Positions 1 to 9,104 of a stretch of 41,462 bases of DNA are shown one piece after another. Made by a program: the position numbers and the translations under genes. Location: positions 1 to 41,462 of the forward strand of contig SCSP01000390.1 in the NCBI GenBank assembly GCA_004297845.1, read 5' to 3'. The DNA is from Bacteroidota bacterium. GTDB taxonomy: Bacteria > Bacteroidota > Bacteroidia > Palsa-948. Each line of letters starts with the position of its first letter. The first letter of the stretch is position 1. The notes under the pieces were generated by a model, which had not been told where the DNA came from, searched no databases, and worked only from the letters and a program-made list of their open reading frames with translations.

Positions 1-11
1 CCTGACACTTC

Positions 12-434
12 CTAAAAAGGAAGTGACAGGCGAAGAACGCCATTTTCATACTTCGCGTCAATCTTGTCGGTAACAAGATTATCGGGCAAAGTGAATGAAC
101 GGCAGAAAGAATTGTAAGAAAACTCCCTTCTTCGGAAATTTTCCCTGTCTTCCTTCTTTTCCTCTTCCTTTTCTGCGCTGATGCACAGAACTCCGTCCTG
201 AACTTCAACCTTGAAGTCCTTGCGTTCGAGTCCCGGTGCAGCAAGTTCGATTTTGAAATCCTTGCCGTTCTCAATGATGTTTGCTTCTGGAACCACGAGT
301 GAATCATTGGGGTCGAGGAGTCCTCCATCAAAGTCAATGATTGACGGACCGAAGAATCTGTCCGTGTTGAAGAAGTTGCTCGCCAATGAAGGGAACAAAC
401 TTCCGTTTCTTTTTTTTGATACTACGAGTGACAT
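12..434 (-). CDS. Hsp20/alpha-crystallin small heat-shock protein; C-terminus probably corrupted by a hairpin inversion at 1-30
   Basis: Motifs ELAAPGL, RREFSYNSFCRSFTLP and IDAKYENGVLRL. Start moved to ATG 434 (MSLVVSKK), downstream of the TATCTTTG -7 element at 490-483; the upstream ATG at 464 cannot be excluded. Confidence 0.92.
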   Translation of the reverse strand: MSLVVSKKRNGSLFPSLASNFFNTDRFFGPSIIDFDGGLLDPNDSLVVPEANIIENGKDFKIELAAPGLERKDFKVEVQDGVLCISAEKEEEKKEDRENFRRREFSYNSFCRSFTLPDNLVTDKIDAKYENGVLRLSLPF

Positions 435-482
435 TGTGTTTTTTGAGTTTAAAAGGTTTAACATTTATTTTTTTGACAAGCC

Positions 483-547
483 CAAAGATATTTTTAAACT
501 ATGCCACATGAAATGAGAGAAATCAGTTTGCGGAGTGATTGTTGTCA
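483..547 (-). promoter_or_regulatory. hsp20 promoter: tandem TGA-N6-TCA boxes (547-536, 525-514) plus -7 element TATCTTTG (490-483)
   Basis: Minus strand reads TGACAACAATCA-N10-TGATTTCTCTCA-N23-TATCTTTG; the same geometry recurs at other promoters. Confidence 0.75.
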
Positions 548-554
548 TCCTGTG

Positions 555-743
555 AGTAGCTATTTTTGTTCCGGTACAATCATTTTCAAAAATGTATGTT
601 TGAAGATGGATTTCAGATTTTGCATTTGAAATAATGTTTAGTAGGCGAATAAAATAATCTTCCCCGCTGTGAACGAGTTCAACATTCTCAATAGATTGAA
701 CATTTTTATCTCTGATTATACTATGCTCTTTTTCCCTCTGCAT
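555..743 (-). pseudogene. N-terminal remnant of a cardiolipin synthase (ClsB/PLD family)
   Basis: VELVHSGEDYF..LL..I..AKSEIHLQTYIFENDCTG.KIA matches the Cls N-terminus. Similarity ends near 556, before any HKD motif, and the ORF runs on into the hsp20 promoter. Confidence 0.75.
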
Positions 744-1809
744 TCTTTATCATAATAAATTCCAAAATATTATCGAGGTCTAATACTCCAACAAATTGTT
801 GATTACTGTAAACGAAAGCTAATGAGTTTGTTCCGGCTATCATAGTAAGATAAACCTCCTCCAAAGATTGATTGGCATTTAATCGTATCGGCTCTTTATT
901 TGCAATTGCATGAAGGATGGTGCCTTTTCCGTTATCTGAAAGTGCTTTTATTATTTCATCCCTGCCCAGCGTGCCAACAGGATGTTTGTCGGACGTAACA
1001 ACAAAATTTTTACACTGCCCATTCAGTAATTTTTTTATTGCATTTTCCACTATATCGTTTTCGTCTATGGTTTCATAATTTTTCATAACAATGTCTTTCA
1101 CAAATATTCCTTTCAGCATAAAACCGGCTTTGGTCATTTCGGCTTCGGCTTGTGCTCCAAGCAGGATAAATAAACCGATAAAAATTAAAAATGGACTAGT
1201 GTAAAATCCGAGAAACACAAAACCAACTGCAAGTAATTGACCAATACGTGCTGCTATATTAGTTGCAATATGTCTTTCAAACTTCATGGCAAGCAATGCT
1301 CTCAGCACCCTGCCTCCATCCATCGGGAAAGCCGGAATTAAATTAAATACTGCCAGCCATGTATTTACGATAAAAAAATTTAAAAAGAAATTGCTTTGAT
1401 TTACTCCGCCTGCCAACTGAATGGTTAAATTCTGTATATCAGGGATTGTAATAAACAAGCTCGTAATTAAAACTAAAGCAATATTCACAGCAGGTCCGGC
1501 AATTGCTACTATTAATTCTTCTTTGGGCTTTTCAGGGATTCTTTCTAAACGTGCTAAGCCCCCAATGGGTAAAATTGTAATGTCTTTGGTTTTTATATTG
1601 TATCGCTTTGCCGCGAGTGAATGTCCGAGTTCGTGCAGAAAGACAGTAATAAAAATGCTGAGTATGAAAATAACCGACCATACTATTTGTTCGGTATTGT
1701 GCCCCGATCTATAGTTACTGAAAATGATATATGCTATTAGTATAGAAAATGTCCAGTGTACAAATACACTGATGCCTGCAATGTTTCCAAGTTTGAATGA
1801 TCCTTTCAT
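721..1809 (-). CDS. M50 site-2 intramembrane zinc protease with C-terminal CBS pair (Rip3/Rv2625c-like)
   Basis: HELGH and NLIPAFPMDGGR motifs, several TM segments, CBS-like VKDIVMK...VGVLDLDNI. Confidence 0.93.
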   Translation of the reverse strand: MKGSFKLGNIAGISVFVHWTFSILIAYIIFSNYRSGHNTEQIVWSVIFILSIFITVFLHELGHSLAAKRYNIKTKDITILPIGGLARLERIPEKPKEELIVAIAGPAVNIALVLITSLFITIPDIQNLTIQLAGGVNQSNFFLNFFIVNTWLAVFNLIPAFPMDGGRVLRALLAMKFERHIATNIAARIGQLLAVGFVFLGFYTSPFLIFIGLFILLGAQAEAEMTKAGFMLKGIFVKDIVMKNYETIDENDIVENAIKKLLNGQCKNFVVTSDKHPVGTLGRDEIIKALSDNGKGTILHAIANKEPIRLNANQSLEEVYLTMIAGTNSLAFVYSNQQFVGVLDLDNILEFIMIKNAEGKRA

Positions 1810-1853
1810 ACTTATTTATTTAAAGTTGGTAAATGTTTACGTGTCGTTCATTA

Positions 1854-2954
1854 TTAATGCTGCATCCCACCCATTGAATTTGAACTTTGCTTTATTGTTT
1901 GTTCACTTTTCAAAAGAAAAGCTCCTGAAATGACAACAATATCTCCTTCTTTCAGCCCTGACAAAATTTCTATTTCTATTTTGTTTTCAATCCCGGTTGT
2001 TACCATTCGTGGCTCAAACATACCGTCAGAGGTTTGTACCCATACGGAAATCATTTTTTCAACGAGGAGAGAAGATTTTGGGATAACCAATGTTCTTTTC
2101 TCATTTCGTTTCAAATAGATATATGCCATCATTCCCGGTCTTAGTTTATTTTCTTTGTTATCTACCTTCACTCTTATAAGATTTACTTTTTGGTTTGTTT
2201 CAAGAGCAGGATTATCGAAAACAATTTCTCCGCTGAATAATTTACCTGGATACACTTCAAACTCTACTGATAGTTTTGGATTCTGTCTCAAAAATTTCAC
2301 TTCATCGCCATACACTTGCACTTCTATCCACATGGTACCTAGGTCAGATATTTTCGCAATGGGAGTTCCTATCTCCACATATTCACCTTCGTGGACAGAT
2401 AATTCGGTGATATACCCCTCTGTATGGCTGAAAAATGAAAGTGTAGCAGATGGCTTATTTGTTTTTTCCAATTCCTGTATTTGTTCTTCGGTAATTGTCC
2501 ACTGCAAAAGTTTTTTCCTTGCTCCATCTGCCAGTTGCTTTGCGGTTTCCTTTTGCGACTTGGCATTATTTAGTAGTTCCAACGCGATCAGATAATCATT
2601 TTCATCGGCAAGCAATTCCTCGCTGTAAATATCATAGAGAAGTTTGCCTTTTGAAATATATTCACCTGTATTGCGGACATAAACCCGTTCCAACCTTCCT
2701 TTTACTCGTGATGAAATTATAGTTACTTGGGTTTCGTTAAAAACAACTGTTCCTGTTAATGTACTTTGTTCAGAAATGTTTTTTACTCGCATAGTATCTA
2801 TTTGAATATTCGCTTTAATTATTTCTTCCTTCGTCAGTATTACCATATTTTCCGTTCCATCATGACCTTCATGTTCAGAATGATTTATGGCATTCTCTGA
2901 ACAGGAAAGCAGGAAAAGAGAAACCAGAAACGATATGATGTAGCGCAATTTCAT
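1854..2954 (-). CDS. cusB: CusB-type RND periplasmic adaptor, lipoprotein
   Basis: LLSC lipobox, His-rich HSEHEGH, biotinyl/lipoyl-like GRLERVYV...YSEEL, LRPGMM, Met-rich tail SMGGMQH. Confidence 0.88.
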   Translation of the reverse strand: MKLRYIISFLVSLFLLSCSENAINHSEHEGHDGTENMVILTKEEIIKANIQIDTMRVKNISEQSTLTGTVVFNETQVTIISSRVKGRLERVYVRNTGEYISKGKLLYDIYSEELLADENDYLIALELLNNAKSQKETAKQLADGARKKLLQWTITEEQIQELEKTNKPSATLSFFSHTEGYITELSVHEGEYVEIGTPIAKISDLGTMWIEVQVYGDEVKFLRQNPKLSVEFEVYPGKLFSGEIVFDNPALETNQKVNLIRVKVDNKENKLRPGMMAYIYLKRNEKRTLVIPKSSLLVEKMISVWVQTSDGMFEPRMVTTGIENKIEIEILSGLKEGDIVVISGAFLLKSEQTIKQSSNSMGGMQH

Positions 2955-4198
2955 TTTGATTTGATTAAACTTTCTCTGTCAATCATATATCCTGCATCAA
3001 ACACAATTTCATCTTTGTCTGTTAACCCGCTGGTAACTTCTGCCATATTGCCTTGAGAAACTCCTTTTGTAATGTTCTGAGCCTGAAAAATGTATTTTCC
3101 TTTTTCTGGTTCGCCCGTTTTTACCCAAACAATACTTCTCCCTCCGAGAAAGAGTATACTGCTGTTTGGAATCAATAATTGTTTTGTTTTAACAGAATTT
3201 ACTTTTGCTGTCAGCAGCGAGTTTATTTTAAGCAACCCCGATTCATTGTTCAGATAAATTCTCGCGGATAGGAATTTTTGTCCATTTTGAAGAACGGGTT
3301 CAAGCAAATTTATCTTGGCTTTAATAATATCATCCCTGTCAAGCTCGCTTGTTAATTCAATATCTGTACCGACTGAAATTTCAGATGAATGGCTATTGTC
3401 AATCAAGACAATTCCCAAAACTTCTTTCAAATCATTTACTTTGAAAAGGGTTTGTCCTTTGTTTACATAACTTCCTTCTCGTATTTGAAGCGTAGAAGTA
3501 TTCATTGGCTGATTTGATGATGAATTGCTTGACACTCCCATTCCGCCCATTTGAGACGGATGGGTGGTAGGTATTTGAAGTGAAGGCGCATTTGTATTGG
3601 TGAAATACACATAACCATCATAAGAACTTAGTACACTCGTAGAATAAAGTGTTTTGCCTGTGACTTCGATTTCTTTCAATTGAGAATCAGAAACTCCCAT
3701 CAGCTTTAATTTTTCTTCTGCTTTTTTCACCAGTTCATTTTCTGATTTGTTTTTTAGGAGAAATAAAAGTTCTTCCTGTACGGTGTTTAATTCTGCGCTG
3801 TATATCTCCATCACCTTTTCTCCTTTATTCACATACTGAAAATTATATTTCACAAACAATTTTTCAATTCGTCCGCTGAAGCGTGCTGAAATTTTGTTAT
3901 CCCTTCTTTCATCTACCGCGATATATCCGTTTGCAGAAATAGTAGTATTGCTTTCCGACCAAGCTGGCTTCACAGTTTTCTGAGAAGAAATAACGCTATA
4001 ATTAGTTGGCAATGAAATTGATTTCAAATCAATCGTGTCATTTTTCTTCATCTCATGGTTCGGCATGTTGTGCTTATCATGATTCATGCTCTCATGACCC
4101 GAATGTTCCGATTGGTTGTTACAGCCGTTAGATAACAGCAGCCCTGCCAAAAGAAAACTCCAATAGCACAATTGTATTTTATTTTTTCTGCGATTCAT
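2951..4198 (-). CDS. cusB: Second CusB-type RND periplasmic adaptor, lipoprotein
   Basis: SNGC lipobox, His/Met-rich HSGHESMNHDKHNMPNHEM, ISARFSGRIEKL, internal QMGGMG loop. Confidence 0.87.
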   Translation of the reverse strand: MNRRKNKIQLCYWSFLLAGLLLSNGCNNQSEHSGHESMNHDKHNMPNHEMKKNDTIDLKSISLPTNYSVISSQKTVKPAWSESNTTISANGYIAVDERRDNKISARFSGRIEKLFVKYNFQYVNKGEKVMEIYSAELNTVQEELLFLLKNKSENELVKKAEEKLKLMGVSDSQLKEIEVTGKTLYSTSVLSSYDGYVYFTNTNAPSLQIPTTHPSQMGGMGVSSNSSSNQPMNTSTLQIREGSYVNKGQTLFKVNDLKEVLGIVLIDNSHSSEISVGTDIELTSELDRDDIIKAKINLLEPVLQNGQKFLSARIYLNNESGLLKINSLLTAKVNSVKTKQLLIPNSSILFLGGRSIVWVKTGEPEKGKYIFQAQNITKGVSQGNMAEVTSGLTDKDEIVFDAGYMIDRESLIKSK

Positions 4199-5429
4199 AT
4201 TCGTATTCTGCTTGAAGTTTCAGTACAGTAAATAATTTATCGTTGTATTCCATCTTTTTCATGAGAAGCATTTCCCATGAGTCGAGTAATACAAAAAAAC
4301 TTCCTGTGTTTTGTTTGTAAGTGAGAAGTCCTGCTTCAAAGTTTTCAGAATACATTGGAATAATTCCCTCCTCGTAGTTCTTTAACTGCTTCATTTCATA
4401 TTTTAGCATGGAGAGCTTTTCATTTATCATTTGAATTGCCATGAGTTGCATGGTTTGTTTTTCATGAGTCATGGATTGAATTTCAAAACCCATAGATTTC
4501 ACTTCTGACTTATACATTTTTTCCGACCAGGGCGCAATAGGAATTGTAATCATTCCCATTACAGAATACTGATTGGGCATCCCGAACATCTGCATGTGGT
4601 CAATTCGCACACCGAAATCCGGCTTGCGAAGCGAGTACATGTAATCTTTACTTAACTGCATTGACTTAATTGAATTTTTCATGGCGGTTATATCACTCCT
4701 GTTAAGTGAATTTGTATCTATAACCTGTGGAAATGTTTTGTATGGTTTTAAACCCAGTGTTGTGTCAATAGAAAAATCGGTACTCACATCACGATTCATC
4801 AGCGTATTCAGCCCGATATTACTTTCAGAAATCATGGAATGAAGCATGGCTTCCATATTCTTGAGTTCTTCAAGTTTTGCTTTCGCTTTGAAAATTGTGC
4901 TGAGGTCGCTTTGATTGTATGGATATTTTGCCTCAGATGTTTTAATCAGTAATTCTAACAACTCACGGTTTTCGGCAAGCAGTTTCAGCTTTCTTTCAGA
5001 AACTAATCTCTGGTAATAAAAATATTTTGCATACAAATTAAGTGTGTTCTTTGTCCATTCCTGATTGTTCTTTTGAATTTTCGGTAACGAAGACAAATAA
5101 TTTTGTTTTGCTTTCAGTTTTCCTGAATTTGGAATCATCTGTTCTACTGTGAACATCAACCCTGCTTGATTCATCGGACCAACATCTTTCAGCATCATAG
5201 GGTTATAGGGAAACTGATTCAAACCGAAAGAAGCGGTAGGAGGCATCCATGCTTTTGAACCCTCCACTTGTGCCTGCAGGGATTGAACTTTATAATCGTA
5301 TTTCAGAATTTCAGGATAATTTTTCTCGACAGAATCTATTATCTGAATTAATGTCAGATTTGCATCCTGAGCTTGCAAAAAAACATTGGAGAGGAGAAAT
5401 GATAGTATGGTTATTATTTTCTTCATCAT
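4179..5429 (-). CDS. TolC/CusC-family outer-membrane efflux channel
   Basis: Signal peptide, long helical segments, PDFGV...ITIPIAPW beta strands, Met-rich; lies in the RND operon. Confidence 0.88.
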   Translation of the reverse strand: MMKKIITILSFLLSNVFLQAQDANLTLIQIIDSVEKNYPEILKYDYKVQSLQAQVEGSKAWMPPTASFGLNQFPYNPMMLKDVGPMNQAGLMFTVEQMIPNSGKLKAKQNYLSSLPKIQKNNQEWTKNTLNLYAKYFYYQRLVSERKLKLLAENRELLELLIKTSEAKYPYNQSDLSTIFKAKAKLEELKNMEAMLHSMISESNIGLNTLMNRDVSTDFSIDTTLGLKPYKTFPQVIDTNSLNRSDITAMKNSIKSMQLSKDYMYSLRKPDFGVRIDHMQMFGMPNQYSVMGMITIPIAPWSEKMYKSEVKSMGFEIQSMTHEKQTMQLMAIQMINEKLSMLKYEMKQLKNYEEGIIPMYSENFEAGLLTYKQNTGSFFVLLDSWEMLLMKKMEYNDKLFTVLKLQAEYEYESQKK

Positions 5430-7345
5430 TCTGTTTTAATGAAAGTTAATTCCCCTTTTTTCTTAAACTCATATTCTTTCACAAGCGCAAAAACGCATGG
5501 AATCAAAATGAGTGAATAAAGAGTTGAAAACAGTAGACCGAAAACAAAAGGAAGAGCAATGGGGCGCATCACGTCACTTCCTGCTCCTGTTGCATATATT
5601 ACAGGAATCATTCCCAGCACATCCACGATTACCGTCATTAGTATAGGACGTATTCTTAAAGCCGAACCCTTAAATATCGCTTCTTCAATACGTAAAGGCG
5701 TAATACTGAATTTTTCCAATAACGAATTTTCATTCAATTTTCTTAATTCATTATTCATATAAAACAAAATCAATACTCCTGTTTCAACCGCAACTCCGAG
5801 CAAGGAAATGAAGCCCACTGCAACTGCTACAGAGAAATTCACATGATAAAAGTGAAGGGAAAGTATTCCTCCTATAAAAGCAATCGGTATTCCCGAAAAA
5901 ATAATTAATACTTCACGAAAGGAGTGAAAAGTGGTGTACAATACAACCATCATAATAAGCAGTACAATTGGAATAATTATACTTAATCTCTTTTGTGCGC
6001 GAACCTGGTTTTCATACTGCCCGCTCCATTGAATAAAATATCCTTTAGGAAGTTTCTTAAATTCATTTTCAATCTTGTTTTTTGCTTCTTTCACCACGCT
6101 TCCCATATCCCTCCCGCGAATATTAAATAAAACTGTTCCGCGAAGCATGGCGTTTTCGGAGTTAATCATGGGCGGTCCATCGGCAACAGAAATATCCGCT
6201 ACTGATGAAAGCGGGATATTTCCGTAAGTGGAAGTTTGAACAGGAGTTCGTTTGATTTCTGAAATATCATTGCGAAAATCTTGTGCAAGCCGAACGCTGA
6301 TGGTAAATCTTTCTCTTCCTTCAACTGTATTTGTAAGATTCATTCCACCCAAAGCGGATTCGATAACCATGTTCACATCTTCAACACTTATTCCGTAACG
6401 GGCAATTGCATCACGGTCAATTTTTATGGTAAGGTATTTTCCTCCAATCAGTTGTTCGAGATATAAATCAGAGAGTCCTTCAATTCCACGAAGCGATTTT
6501 TCTATTTTCCCCGACAAATAAAAAATTGTATCAAGGTTTTGACCATATATTTTTACTCCTACATCTGTTCTGATTCCTGTTGAAAGCATATTAATACGAT
6601 TGATAATGGGTTGCGTCCATCCAACCATCACTCCGGGTATTTTGACTTTCTCATCTATTTCAGAAATAAGTTTCTCTCTTGTCATTCCTTCTCTCCATTG
6701 AGCTTTTGGCTTCAGGATGATAATCGTTTCAATCATGCTCATAGGAGCATTATCGGTGGCAGTATAAGCTCTTCCTGCTTTTCCTAAAACATTTTCTACT
6801 TCAGGAATATTTTTCAGGATCTTATCTTGCACCTGAAGAATTCTTTTCGCTTCAGAGTTGGATACATCAGGAAGTGTTACAGGCATCATCAGCAAGGATC
6901 CTTCGTCTAATGGAGGCATAAACTCAGTTCCGGTATTCATTACAACAGGAATGCTTGCGATAGAAAAAAGGATGATTGTTGTAATGACAGATTTTTTCCA
7001 TTGAAGGCAGAATCTTACAATTGGAGAAAAAATCATTGTGAGATATTTTGAAACAGGATTGTTGTTCTCACTGCGAATCGTTCCTTTAACAAAGCTTCGC
7101 AAAACAGCCGGAAGAATAAAAAGAGCAGTGATGGCGGAACCGATCATGCAGAATGTTTTGGTAAGTACCAATGGAGTAAATAATTTTTTCTCTTGTCCTG
7201 TTAGAAATAATATAGGGGCAAATGAAATCAATGTTATCAGGATGGACATAAATATCGCACGCCCGATAGTAACCGTTGACTTACGAATGATATCCACCCG
7301 TTCTTCCTCAGGTATTTCGGATGTATGTCCTTTTTTCTTTTCCAT
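5426..7345 (-). CDS. cusA: CusA-type heavy-metal RND permease, C-terminal part (TM5-TM12)
   Basis: GTEFMPPLDEGSLLMMP, ATDNAPMSMIET and NRINMLSTG carry the equivalents of the E. coli CusA M573/M623/M672 triad; also WSGQYENQ and GVAVETG. Confidence 0.92.
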   Translation of the reverse strand: MEKKKGHTSEIPEEERVDIIRKSTVTIGRAIFMSILITLISFAPILFLTGQEKKLFTPLVLTKTFCMIGSAITALFILPAVLRSFVKGTIRSENNNPVSKYLTMIFSPIVRFCLQWKKSVITTIILFSIASIPVVMNTGTEFMPPLDEGSLLMMPVTLPDVSNSEAKRILQVQDKILKNIPEVENVLGKAGRAYTATDNAPMSMIETIIILKPKAQWREGMTREKLISEIDEKVKIPGVMVGWTQPIINRINMLSTGIRTDVGVKIYGQNLDTIFYLSGKIEKSLRGIEGLSDLYLEQLIGGKYLTIKIDRDAIARYGISVEDVNMVIESALGGMNLTNTVEGRERFTISVRLAQDFRNDISEIKRTPVQTSTYGNIPLSSVADISVADGPPMINSENAMLRGTVLFNIRGRDMGSVVKEAKNKIENEFKKLPKGYFIQWSGQYENQVRAQKRLSIIIPIVLLIMMVVLYTTFHSFREVLIIFSGIPIAFIGGILSLHFYHVNFSVAVAVGFISLLGVAVETGVLILFYMNNELRKLNENSLLEKFSITPLRIEEAIFKGSALRIRPILMTVIVDVLGMIPVIYATGAGSDVMRPIALPFVFGLLFSTLYSLILIPCVFALVKEYEFKKKGELTFIKTE

Positions 7346-7352
7346 TACAAAT

Positions 7353-8621
7353 TTATTTCTTCAAAATCCTATTTGCAAGTTGCCTGTACGCATTTTCTCC
7401 CATTACAATACTTGAATCCACCAAATCGCCTACAGCAAGAGCAATTCCTCCCAACGACATGATATTAGAGGTAACACCGAAAAGTTTCATCAGGATAAAT
7501 CCTATCAGCATGGAGAGAATGATATTCAATATGCTTACGAAGCCCGTGCCGAAATGAAAAAGAAATAGCAACACAACAATACTGACAACAATTATCTCTT
7601 CCAATACCGATTCTTTCAGTGTATTGATTGTTTCGTTGATTAAATCGCTTCGGTCATACGCAACTTTGAATTTAACTCCGGGAGGTAGTCCTGTTTTTAC
7701 GTCATTCATTTTTTCCTTCACTCGATCAATCACATCTTTTGCATTCTCACCATAGCGCATCACTACAATACCGCCCACAACTTCACCTTCTCCGTTCTCA
7801 TCTACAATGCCAAGCCGTAAATCGCTTCCCATTTGTACATCGGCAATATCTTTCAACTTAATCGGAATAGAGTTATACATCCCAACGGAGATGTTTTTCA
7901 CATCTTCTATGTTTTTTATGTAACCCAATCCCTGAATCATATATCCCATCGAATTCATTTCATACAAACTTCCTCCCACATCGCGGTTATTATTCATAAT
8001 GGCTTTAGTTACTGCCATAAGCGGAACATTATAGTAAATGAGTTTGTGGGGATTGATGGTAACCTGATATTGTTTCTGGAATCCTCCGAACGATGCCACT
8101 TCGCTCACACCCTGTACATTCTGCAAAGCGAATTTTACATACCAATCCTGAGCAGCGCGGAGCTCACCGAGATTATATCCTTCCCCTTCGAGCGTATACC
8201 AAAATATGTGACCGATCCCTGTACCATCAGGTCCGAGTGTGGGAGTAATTCCTTGAGGAAGAAACTTTTGAGCGTAATTCAACCGTTCCAGCACACGGGT
8301 TCTTGCCCAGTAAATATCTACGTCATCCTCAAAAATCACGAAAATGAAACTCATCCCGAACATGGAAGAAGCGCGAACTGTTTTGATTTTAGGAATTCCC
8401 TGAAGATTTGAAACAAGAGGATAGGTGATTTGGTTTTCCATTATCTGAGGGTTACGCCCCATCCATTCGGTGAAAACAATGACTTGATTTTCTGATAAAT
8501 CAGGAATTGCATCCACAGGAGTTTGGTAAATGGAAAATATTCCTCCGGAAACAATCATAGCAATCCCAATCCATACTAAAAAGCGGTTATTGGTTGACCA
8601 TGATATGATTTTTTCAATCAT
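7353..8621 (-). CDS. cusA: CusA-type heavy-metal RND permease, N-terminal part (TM1-TM4)
   Basis: PVDAIPDLSENQVIV, DIYWARTRVLERL, LGPDGTG, TM4 NIMSLGGIALAVGDLVDSSIVMGENAY. Confidence 0.92.
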   Translation of the reverse strand: MIEKIISWSTNNRFLVWIGIAMIVSGGIFSIYQTPVDAIPDLSENQVIVFTEWMGRNPQIMENQITYPLVSNLQGIPKIKTVRASSMFGMSFIFVIFEDDVDIYWARTRVLERLNYAQKFLPQGITPTLGPDGTGIGHIFWYTLEGEGYNLGELRAAQDWYVKFALQNVQGVSEVASFGGFQKQYQVTINPHKLIYYNVPLMAVTKAIMNNNRDVGGSLYEMNSMGYMIQGLGYIKNIEDVKNISVGMYNSIPIKLKDIADVQMGSDLRLGIVDENGEGEVVGGIVVMRYGENAKDVIDRVKEKMNDVKTGLPPGVKFKVAYDRSDLINETINTLKESVLEEIIVVSIVVLLFLFHFGTGFVSILNIILSMLIGFILMKLFGVTSNIMSLGGIALAVGDLVDSSIVMGENAYRQLANRILKK

Positions 8622-8623
8622 AA

Positions 8624-8929
8624 TTATTTAACACACAAGCATTTGTATATCTGTTCTGCTATTTTGTTGTTTTCGCAGAGGCAGTAAAAAGTATTTACTC
8701 CTTCGGTCTTCCGCTCAAGAATTCCACATCTTTTTAAAATGCCAAGATGTCTTGATACGATAGGTTGCTCCATTTTTAGTGATCCATAAATACTTTTTAC
8801 AGTCATTCTGTTTTCTTTGCTGCTGCAAATCAAATTCACAATGGCAATCCGCTCGGGATGACCTATGGATTTTAACGCTTCTGCCAATAGGTTAAAATTT
8901 TCTTTTAGGATGTGGTTTTGCTTAGACAT
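8624..8929 (-). CDS. ArsR/SmtB-family regulator heading the cus operon
   Basis: LKSIGHPERIAI and QPIVSRHLGILK winged HTH; several Cys. Start moved to ATG 8929 because the TTG at 8941 overlaps the -7 element. Confidence 0.88.
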   Translation of the reverse strand: MSKQNHILKENFNLLAEALKSIGHPERIAIVNLICSSKENRMTVKSIYGSLKMEQPIVSRHLGILKRCGILERKTEGVNTFYCLCENNKIAEQIYKCLCVK

Positions 8930-8951
8930 TCGAATATGCAAATATTTGAAT
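8928..8951. promoter_or_regulatory. Putative ArsR operator, ATTCGAATAT-GCAA-ATATTTGAAT (10-4-10, 1 mismatch), covering the -7 element AATATTTG (8946-8939)
   Basis: Inverted repeat seen directly; overlap with the promoter and start codon is typical of ArsR autorepression. Confidence 0.6.
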
Positions 8952-8969
8952 AGTGGTATATGTATGGAA

Positions 8970-9003
8970 TGACTGCAATCATCATGTCAGGTGATAAATA
9001 TCA
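8970..9003 (-). promoter_or_regulatory. Tandem TGA-N6-TCA boxes upstream of the arsR-cus operon
   Basis: Minus strand TGATATTTATCA-N10-TGATTGCAGTCA-N23-AATATTTG. Confidence 0.75.
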
Positions 9004-9064
9004 TGCACCCCATCATGCCCGCCACTTCATTACAAAAAAATGCACGAGAGTTGTTTTGAGAATC

Positions 9065-9092
9065 TAATAGTTTATATATTTGTGAACTATTA
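9065..9092 (+). promoter_or_regulatory. Promoter/operator of the arsR-sqr operon: TAATAGTT-N12-AACTATTA palindrome enclosing the -7 element TATATTTG (9075-9082)
   Basis: Perfect 8-bp arms around a consensus Bacteroidota -7 element, 12 bp before ATG 9105. Confidence 0.68.
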
Positions 9093-9104
9093 AACAATTA
9101 AACC

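Noticed and set aside
7833-8411. Antisense and alternate-frame ORFs of 60-190 aa across the window (e.g. 2155-2595, 15204-15680, 30796-31221, 40685-41098)
   Set aside because: They are shadows of well-supported genes or run across the MITE, with no recognisable motifs.
9040-9082. TGA-N6-TCA box for the sqr operon promoter
   Set aside because: The position 23 bp upstream of its -7 element has no box, so this operon is not counted in the regulon.
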